This document shows, in pieces, positions 54,496-64,000 of a stretch of 64,000 nucleotides of DNA; the first letter of the stretch is position 1, and every line of letters begins with the position of its first letter. The translations under genes and the position numbers were made by a program. Under the pieces are notes generated by a model. It did no database searches. It was not told the DNA's origin and worked only from the letters and a program-made list of their open reading frames with translations. Source of the DNA: Octopus sinensis (lineage: Eukaryota); contig NC_042998.1 of the NCBI RefSeq assembly GCF_006345805.1, positions 52,824,001 through 52,888,000 of the forward strand, given 5' to 3'.

Positions 54496-55599
54496 ATGGG
54501 TCTTATCAAGTACAGTAAATCATCACATCTCTCAGTCCCTTGTCATTTCCTCAGTGAGGTCCAGCATCTGAAGATCCTTTCTCACCACCTTGTCCCATGT
54601 CTTCCTGGGTCTACCCCTTTCCATGGGTACTCTCCATAATCAGAGCCTGGCACTTCTTTACACAACTGTACAAAAAACTTTTATGCAACCTAGTTTTGAT
54701 CCTCAGTTTTACAACTAGTTCACTTTACTTCTGTAATGTCTTTGAGAAAGGCATAAATGTCAAAAACTGTTATTATGCTGAATAGTTAATTTAAATACTT
54801 TTTATCATTTCCATGCGTTACTTTCTGCATAGTCATGAACTGAGCAAATTGAAAGAAATATTTGGAAATCAATTTTATGCTTTAAAATATGATTGTTCTT
54901 CAATATTGCTGTTACAGCTAATGTTATTCATGTAATGTTGTTGCTTGTTATAAAATAAGAAAGAACTTTTCATGTACGAGTGCATTTTTAATTGCATGTA
55001 TTTGTTTATAGGAAAAAATATTATCGACTTTTTTTATTGGTTCAGAAACTAAAAATACTTCATTTTTTCCCCTTCTTTCACTTTCTTAATATTTCTTTAG
55101 CATTATATCTTGCATAGGATATGCTGAACTTTGATACTAGCCATTATTAGAAAACACATTAAAAAAATAGTTTTATGAAAGAAAGCCAATTAGAAAATAA
55201 AATACTTTTTAATATAAAAGGATGTTGTGTTTCTGAGCAATTACATATGACAGTTTTACAAGCACTGGACGTCCATTTCTTTCAGTGCTTCTTATAGAAG
55301 GAGCAGGACAGAGGATTGGCAGAATCATTAAAGTGTTGGATAAAATAAAATGCCTTGCAGTAATTATTTCAGCTTTTTATATTCTGAGTTCAAAATCTGC
55401 TATGGTTAACTTTGCTTTTCATTCCTCAGGATGATGATGATGATGATCATCATCATTTAATGTTCATTGTCTATGCTGGCAAGGTGGCTTGATGGGAATT
55501 GGCAAGCTGGAGAGCTGCCCCAGACCCCAGTCTGATTTGGCATGGTTTCTATAGCTGGATGCCATTCCTAATGCCAACCACTTTAAAGAGTGTGTTGGA

Positions 55600-55995
55600 G
55601 GCTTTTACGTAGCACTGCATGGGTGCTTTTACAGAGTTGCATGGACGCTTTTATATGGCATCAAACAGGTGCTTTTATGTGGCACCACATGGGTGCTTTA
55701 ACATGATACTGCATGGTTGCTTTTACGTGGCACTGTATAGGTGCTTTTATGTGATGCTGCATGGGCACTTTTAAATGACTGCATGGGCATCTTTACATGA
55801 CACCACACAGGCAATTTTTTATGTGGTACTGCACAGGCACTGCATGGGTGCTTTTACATGGCTCTGCACTGGAGCTTTATGTGGCACCACACCGGTACTT
55901 TACATGACACTACATGGGTGCTTTTATGTAGCACTGATTGGCTGCTTTTATGTGGCACTATAAAGGCACTTTTATGTGACACTTTCATGGGTGCT
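55600..55995 (-). repeat. Degenerate 24-bp VNTR (about 17 units) inside a family E element
   Basis: Consensus on + strand approximately GTGGCACTGCATGGGTGCTTTTAT; lies between the family E tail (55440-55600) and RTE-like end sequence (to about 56070). Confidence 0.8.
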
Positions 55996-56549
55996 TTTCA
56001 GCACCAGACAGGCTGGTCTTAACATTTCTGCTACAGAATACAGGTCTTCTTGAGTATAGCAAGATCAATAAAATAAAATACCAGTCAAGTACTGAAAATA
56101 ATGGTACTGACTAATCCTCTTCAGTCAAAATTTCTGGCTTTGAGCCTAGATTAAAATCTAGTAATATTCTCTGCACAGTCTCACATGAAGAAATAGAATG
56201 AGAATGAAGAAGAAGAGTGGGAATATATGATAAAGTGATGTTAGTGCAATTCCTTTTATTTCTGCAAAGATAAGGAGTCTTGTGATTTGTTTGAATATTA
56301 TAATTTCCAGAGATATAGAGTTCAATAAAATTTTTCACATTACATGCAACTTATGTAGAAGCAAAGGACAAAAGTTTATTATCCTGCATACATAAGTGAA
56401 AGCAGGGTATTGTAATCACTCGTTTTTGTATGTTTGTTTGTGTTTGCAAAATAACTAGAAAATGGTTGAATGGATTTTCATCCCATTTGGCAGAAATACT
56501 CATTGGGTGTGTGGCTTGAAATGATGAACATTTGGTTTGATTATCTTTA

Positions 56550-56965
56550 AAAAAAAAATCAAACTTACAAATTTCCTGGTAAGCAAGTGGTCATATTGTT
56601 TTGTTCACTTTCTTTTTCATATAAATCATCTCTCACCAGCATGTATATATAGATCATAGTGTACTTATGCATATAACCACATGTGCATACATACATATAT
56701 GCATACATACATAAATATATACATAGATATGCGAGTGTGTGTGTATACAGTGATGGATTCGAGGATTTCATTTATTTACAATTTGATTTCTTAATTTCAC
56801 CAGAGTATAAATATCTATAATGGTGATACTTAAAAAAAAATTTGAACTTACAAATTTCCTGATAAGCAAGTGGTCATATTGTGTTCACTTTCTTTTTCAT
56901 ATGATTGCATGTGTATAGATCATAGTGTACCTATGCATGTAGACATGTTTGCATACAAACATACT
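56550..56965. repeat. Local direct duplication of about 140 bp
   Basis: AACTTACAAATTTCCTG.TAAGCAAGTGGTCATATTGT occurs near 56561 and 56845. Confidence 0.85.
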
Positions 56966-57198
56966 CTTTCTCTTTTTCTTTTTTTCTCTTTTACTTGTTT
57001 CAGTCATTTGACTGTGGCCATGCTGAAGCACCACCTTTAGTTGAGCAAATCAACTCCAGGACTTATTCTTTGTAAGCCTAGTACTTATTCTATTGGTCTC
57101 TTTTGCCAAACCACTAAGTTACGGGGACGTAAACACACCAGCATCAGTTGTCAAGCGATGTTGTGGGGGGGGGGGGGGCACAAACACAGACACACAAA

Positions 57199-57241
<43 letters not shown>

Positions 57242-58549
57242 CATATATGCAACGGGCTTCTTTCAGTTTCTGTCTACCAAATTCACTCACAAGGCTTTGG
57301 TCAGCCCGAGGCTGTAGTAGAAGACACTTGCCCAAGGGGCCACACAGTGGTACTGAACCTGGAACCAAGGGAATTCAGCAGTAGAAACCAAGCTGGAACC
57401 TGATGCAGCTCTCCTACTTGCCAGCTCTGGTCAAATCTTCCAACCCATGCCAGCATGGAAAATAAACGTTAAAGGATGATGACGACGATGAATATGATGG
57501 TGATGACGATGATGATGCTGGTGATAGTGATGATGATGGCGGTTCAATGCTTTACAAGTTCTGTCATTTCACCAGAAGTTTGCTGATATTTTTTCTTCAT
57601 CATTTCACTCATCTTTTTCAGTATTACCACTAATGTAAACATGTCACATGTCACATTTTAACTGAAGTAGCTTTTATTCTACAGAACATTACAATATAGG
57701 AAATGCTATTCAACAAAATAATGATTTTGGTTCTTTTCTAGACTGACAGACCTAAATTTGAGATAACATTTTAATCATAGAAAAATTGCATTTTTATTAT
57801 TGATCTTTATATAAATAATTGTTTAATTTTTCAATAGAAATGTCCACCCTTTCAACATAAGTACCATTTAGATACTTTGTCACCAGAAAAATGGTACCAA
57901 AGTACAATGATAGTTGAAAGGTGGATAATTGGAAATCCACTTCTCAGTCAGAAAGTAATTTCATTGTCTGATGATTTTTAATATACTTTTCAACATTGGC
58001 TTTCACATTAAAAGGATAATTAAAAAGACAGAGATTGGACAATAATAAACACATAGAAATATACAAATATACCTTCTAGTAATATTCTTGTGTATCAATG
58101 CAAGAATAGGTTTAATATGTTTAAATTTTAAGGAGGCATAGCTGCGTGGTTAAGAAATTTATGTTGCAGCTATGTGGTTCCAGGTTTATTCCTACTGTGT
58201 AGCATCATGGCCAAGTATCTCCTACTATAGCTTTGGATTGAACCAATGCCCCGTGAGTGAAGACTTTGGTACACAGAAACTGACTGAAAGCCTGATATGT
58301 TTGGGCATGTACATGTGTACGATTGTGCGTATACACACGCACATACATACATACATAAATAAATAAATAAAGATATAATTAGAAAATGAGATAACAAAAG
58401 AAAGATGGTTTGTTTTTCCCTTTGTCATCACATTTTCTTATTATTGTTTTATACTAGTCTAACACTTTGGTTTCAAGCCTATGTATATTGAGTTCCACAC
58501 CAAGCTATTAGTCCTGCAATGGCTGAGTGAAAAAAAAAATATATATATA

Positions 58550-58593
<44 letters not shown>

Positions 58594-58763
58594 AGATAAT
58601 GATGTCATTGAGACCCAAAGGTGTCAGGTAATGCTGAATAAGTGCTATAGACAGATCAAAGTTAAGTTCCAGATTTGGTAATTTTGCAAATAAGAGGTTC
58701 AACGTTGGTTCTATGTCATCATGTGTATGTAAGAGTTTTTTGCAAAATTGCACAAAATATTCT

Positions 58764-58798
<35 letters not shown>

Positions 58799-59184
58799 AT
58801 GTGTGTGTGTGTGTGTGTGTGTGCTTGTGTTGTGGTGAATATATTGTCTAAATTATGCAAAAGTGAAATAACACTGACATCTCATTTTAACAGATATATT
58901 TACCAAAATTACATAAAAATATCTTGAAATACTAAACACCCAAACTCTCTGAAATGTTTATATAGGAGTTTCTGGCATGAATGCCAAGCAGTACAGCATG
59001 TCATCTACAAATTTCTGGCAGAGTAAATTGTGTCACGGTGCAGTTTTACATACAGATGGTGCCCAACTGACCCTACTATACTGTGTAGTCAACAAAATCA
59101 AAAACAAACAATGCACATACATGCAATTAAAAATTTTAAATGGTGACAATTTATCCATCACACCCTGTATATATGTACATGTGT

Positions 59185-59315
59185 GTGTGACGATTTCAAG
59201 AGGACGATTGGGATCACGTGGATGAGAAAGGCGCGATCCAGAGAGGAGTGGACAGCGTGCTGTGACCAGCGGTGTCAAATGTACGCCTGACGGACTGGTC
59301 GGTCAAAGTGATCAA

Positions 59316-59318
<3 letters not shown>
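59185..59318 (+). mobile_element. RTE-like LINE extreme 3' end, CpG-rich
   Basis: TIGITWMRKARSREEWTACCDQRCQMYA* followed by the short-repeat tail CAAAGTGATCAAGTGA. Confidence 0.55.
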
Positions 59319-59367
<49 letters not shown>

Positions 59368-60946
59368 TATATATAAATTTTAAAAATCAATTAAGCAAAA
59401 TTTATAATAAAAAGTCAGGGTATGATAAGTACCTGTTTGCTTGAAAGAGGAATTAAAATCCTCCAAAACCACTCATTTCTCACTAAATGTAAACACGTTC
59501 AGAGAATATAGCAAACATATTTCTCTGAAACAGTCCTCCTATTTGTAAAGTAAATATAGCAAAACCAAATAAGATCATAGAGATTCTGGGATCAATTGAT
59601 TTCGCCTTGTGTTGAGCGAATTGACTTCGGGACTCATTTTTTGTAAGCCTATCGGTCTCTTTTTGCCGAATCGGTAAGTCACAGGGACATAAACATCGGT
59701 TGTCAAGCAATGGTGTGGGTACAAACACAGACACACAAACATACACACACACACAAAACAGCGTAAACAGAGTTAACTGTTATAATAACTGACCAAGGGA
59801 TAAAATATCCGTATATGCTATCAGTATCCGTTACCTGTGTTATCCCCGGGCATTGCTGTGCAGGCACTCTATGTGCGTAGAGTTCAGGTAACAACAGGAT
59901 AACCAAGAGTTTATCAGGAAGCAAATACAAATAATCAGAAAATGGAGAAAACACCAAGACAAACTTTTATGAACCAAAAAATTCCTTGCAAAATGAAGCA
60001 GGATGTGGAAAAATAGTGACGATGTTTCAGAGTTTACATTACATATTTACATTATGAGTTTTCTACTTTTTCTACTTTTTAACTATAATTTTGTTTAAAA
60101 TATTATTTATATTTATTAATTAGGGTGGCAAGCTGGTAGAATCATTAGAATGCGAGCAAAATGTTTAGTGGTCTTTCATCTGTCCTTATTTCCTCATCAT
60201 TGTTTAGCGTCCACTTTCCATGCTGGCATGGGTTGGACGGCTCAAATGATGTCTGGGAAGCCAGAAGGCTGCACCAGGCCCAGTCTGATCTGGCAATGTT
60301 TCTACGGCTGGATGCCTTTCCTAACGCCAACCACTCCATGAGTGTAGTGGGTGCGTTTTTACGTGCCAGACGAGGCTGGCAAATGGCCACAATCGGATGG
60401 TGCTTTTTACGTGCCACCTGAGTTAAAATTCTGGTGAGGTCAACTTTACCTTTCATCCTTGCAGAGTTAATAAAACACATACCAGTTGAACACTAAGGTC
60501 GATGTAATTGACTTACCCCTTCCCACTAAATTGCTGGCCTTGTGCTGAAATTTAAAATTAATATTATCTACATTATTGTCTTCAGCACTTTATTGTATGT
60601 TATTTTCTTTGTTGGACCATTATTATTATTATTGTTTTTTTTTATGTCATAAAAAATTCTTTCACACTTCTGATTGAGAGGAGCTATAAATTGTAACAAT
60701 AAAAAATGTCTAGATCAGCTAAACGCTTTCAGGAAATTTTTTCCTTTTATCTGTAATTTTTTTCCCCTCCCCTTTTCTATTCTTTTTCAAAATAACTATG
60801 TCAATATCAACAATGACAATATACCTGCAGTTGTAAATTCTGTCAATAAAAAAATATACTATGTAAATCATTTCAGTTGTCAGTGACAAAAAAAAAAAAA
60901 AAATCAATTCTTCCTTCAAACAAATTCTTTTATTAATACAATTATT

Positions 60947-62446
60947 AAGGTGGTGAGCTTGCAGAATTGTTAACGTGCTAGACAAAATACTTTGCAGTAT
61001 TTCACCCATTCTTCCATTATGAGTTCAAATTCCGCTGAGGTTGACTTTGCCTTTTAGGCCCTTTTGGATTCGATAAAATAAGTAATAGCAGAGAAACTGG
61101 AGTTGATGTAATCAATTCACCCACTTCCTCAAAATTGCTGGCCTTGTGCCAAAATTTGAAACCAATATTATTATTATAATTATTATCGTTGAAGGCAGTG
61201 AGCTGGCAGAATCATTAGCATGCTGGACAAAGTGCTTAGTGGTATTTTGCTCTCCATTACATTCTGAGTTCAAATTCCATTGAGGTTGATTTATTTTTTT
61301 CATCCATTTTAGGGTTGATAAATTAAGTACCAGTTGTGTACTGAGGTTAATGTGGTCAACTATCTCCCCACCCCAAATTTCAGGCCTTGTGCCTTTTGTA
61401 GAAATTATTATTATTATTATTAAGGTGGTGATCTGAAAAAATAATTAGCAGACTGGGCAAAATGCTGAGCAGCATTTCACTGGACTTTCTGTTCAAATTC
61501 TGCCGAGGTTGTCTTTGTCCTTCGTTCTTTTGGGGTCATTGAACTAAGTACCAGACAGGTACTGGAGTTGATATGATTGACTATCCTACTCAACCACAAA
61601 ATCCAGGCCTTATGTTTATAGTAGAAATTATTATTATTATTATTATTGAGTGAGAGAGCAGTTCATGCCATCAAAGTGACACTGGGGTAAAATATACGAA
61701 GCCCAATATACCCATCATGACTACCCGTCTGATAAAGGTACACCAGGCACATGCATCACAACCATATGTGCGCGACATGGTGATCTCATATCAAGATAAA
61801 CAGCACATGACCTTGCAGGTGGGGCCCAGTTAGAATTTTCTTCAGGTTGAGTAGCCCATCCCGCTCAAACGGTCCCTGAATAAGGGTTGTTTAAGGATGT
61901 TGAAAGAACCACCCATGTTTCCAGAGGTGAACTATTCAAACCCCAAAGAATCCTTCTCAACACATGGCTATGATGCTCCCCCACTACTTCTGCTCGTGAT
62001 CAGAGATGCACATATCGTCAGCCACTAAGGGACATGCTGAACTGGTTAAGGTCAAACAACTGACAAGCAAATCTGTGGTATTGAGCAGAATATTTGCTGT
62101 AGCCCATCTTTTATACCAAGACAAAACAATGTACATGATAACACTTCCAATCAGTTAAGATCAGAATCCATGAGAGCCACTGCCTGGTACTTTTATTATT
62201 ATTATTATTATTATTAAGACAGCAAGCTTGCAGAATTGTTATCACACCAGGAAAAATGTTTAATATCATTTTGTCTGTGTTTTTATTCTGAGTTCAAATT
62301 CTGCTGAGGTTGACTTTGTCTTTCATCCTTTCAAGGTCAATAAATTAAATACCAGTGAAACATTAGTGGTGGTGGTGGTGGTGGGGAGCGATGTAATCGC
62401 CTAGTCCCTTCCCCCCAAATTCCAGGTCTTGTGCTATTAGTAGAAA
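60947..62446 (+). mobile_element. Head-to-tail array of four family B SINEs joined by (ATT)n, with an unrelated 540-bp element inserted
   Basis: Copies start at 60947, 61192, 61422 and 62216; the insert spans 61648-62191. Confidence 0.85.
61648..62191 (-). mobile_element. Unclassified non-coding retroposon-like element flanked by (ATT)n
   Basis: GC-richer than its flanks, CpGs retained, no long ORF, embedded in a trinucleotide tract on both sides. Confidence 0.45.
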
Positions 62447-64000
62447 GAATAATTATTATTGTTGTTGTTATTATTATTATTATTTCTGGAGCTATATCTC
62501 AAATTCTAAATGAAACAGAAAGATTGTCATGATAAGGAAGTTAGTTAAGTAAATAATCCAGATCAACACACTATCTTTCTTATCACCAAGAAACAAATAA
62601 ATCTTAAGCTGAAGAGATGAGAATTAGCAGAAGTGAGAATTTTCAGATTTTATAAATAGCAAATTAAACTTGAAAATCCAATATCATATATGACTGACTA
62701 AACAGTGTTAGAACAGAATAATTAAATTTGATGAAAAAGTTGTAGAATGAAGGATGAGGAAATGAACGAATCAGATTTAAATAACACCAATAGAATATTA
62801 ATTAAAATTCCTATTTTGAAACTTAGAGACACTAAAAAACAATAAATTTCAAAAAAAAAAGTGGAAAACAGATCATGAGTCAAATGTGTAAGAAAAATTT
62901 GAAAAAAAAAAATGTTCCTTCTGCAGGTTATTTATGACTAAGTTTTCTGCTCATTTATATATTACTGTATATTTCAGGTTAAAAATTACTGTAGCATTCT
63001 TAGGATCTTTGACATCATGGAGGAGATGACAAAAGACTAGGATGACTGGCAATATGTGGTTCTTGAGAAGACTCACCCACCTCATTAAAACTGGGATTCA
63101 AGAAACACAATGTGTATAAATATTAACCCACTGCCAATATCCTCCTTAAGAAATTTCCACCGCCCATCATCTCTCTAACTGCTTTGTAATTAATTCTGCT
63201 GCTGTAATTAAACATGAGCAGAACCACATACTTCAGCTTTTCCCTGATACCATTTACTCCTCTTATTATCTGGAACCAGTTCACTGTTATCCATCTTTCC
63301 TTCTTAATACTGTTCTCTCCACCCAGATTTTACATAGATTACCACCCTCTTGAGCCATCAAATTATTTCTCCTTTTCCATCATTCATCTTCCTCTCCTCC
63401 ATTTGCTATGTTTATCCCACGCTCTTATAACCCACCCAACCACGTTATCTTTCTCTCTCTCATTCAGCCATTCTGTCTCTTTCTTCCCATTTTAACTGCA
63501 TCATTACTATTATTATTATAATCCAGCCTCTCTTTACCACCCATTCCTTTTTTCTGCACTATCAGTCATTTCCTCTTCCTTATCTCTTCCGAAGTCATGT
63601 ATTATTGTCATGTATGAATATCCTTGGTCACCCAGCAGCCCTACTCATTTCTACAGTTGTCACCTCCTTTTTCTTCTCTTCCTCCCCTAGTTGTTATCTG
63701 TCAGCACTTATGCTTTATTTTATTCATCATATCACTCATTCCTGATTCCTAACCATCACTCAACCGTTACCAACCTACAATTTCTGTTCTTCCATTATCG
63801 CTCATTTCTATTCACCTTGTATCTTGTGAGTTCACCTTGACACCTCATCTCTGCTATTTTTATCTCTTTCCAGTTCCACTCTGATTTCTCTCATCCTCTC
63901 ATCCAGAATGTGAGCAACCATAAAATACTCTCCTACTGCAAGAAGCCTCTTCTGTCCTGTCCCCTTTTCTCTCAGTTTAAACCTACTTCCCATAGTATAG

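Noticed and set aside
61990-62040. CTGACGA hammerhead-like core on the minus strand of the 540-bp element
   Set aside because: No properly spaced stem II and GAAA.

Overview
AT-rich eukaryotic genomic DNA packed with SINEs, truncated LINEs, DNA-transposon derivatives and microsatellites. The repeat landscape suggests an octopus (inference). The one well-supported gene is on the minus strand. A 34-nt first coding exon (20567-20534) splices in frame to a 2171-nt exon (16373-14203), giving a signal peptide, a long Ser/Thr/Lys-rich mucin-like stalk and a Cys-containing SEA-like module; its 3' exons were not confidently located. Several short, phase-compatible, canonically flanked exon candidates on the plus strand suggest a second, unidentified gene interleaved with it. 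Most other listed ORFs are microsatellite or repeat artefacts. Mobile DNA includes a decayed mariner transposase and mariner MITEs, TTAA-type MITEs, at least four SINE families, RTE and CR1 3' fragments, and CRE-like and HERO-like restriction-like-endonuclease retroelement remnants. Two Penelope-like termini together reconstruct a minimal hammerhead ribozyme. No rRNA, intact tRNA, CRISPR or prokaryote-like insert was seen. All family assignments come from motif recognition by eye, not database searches.
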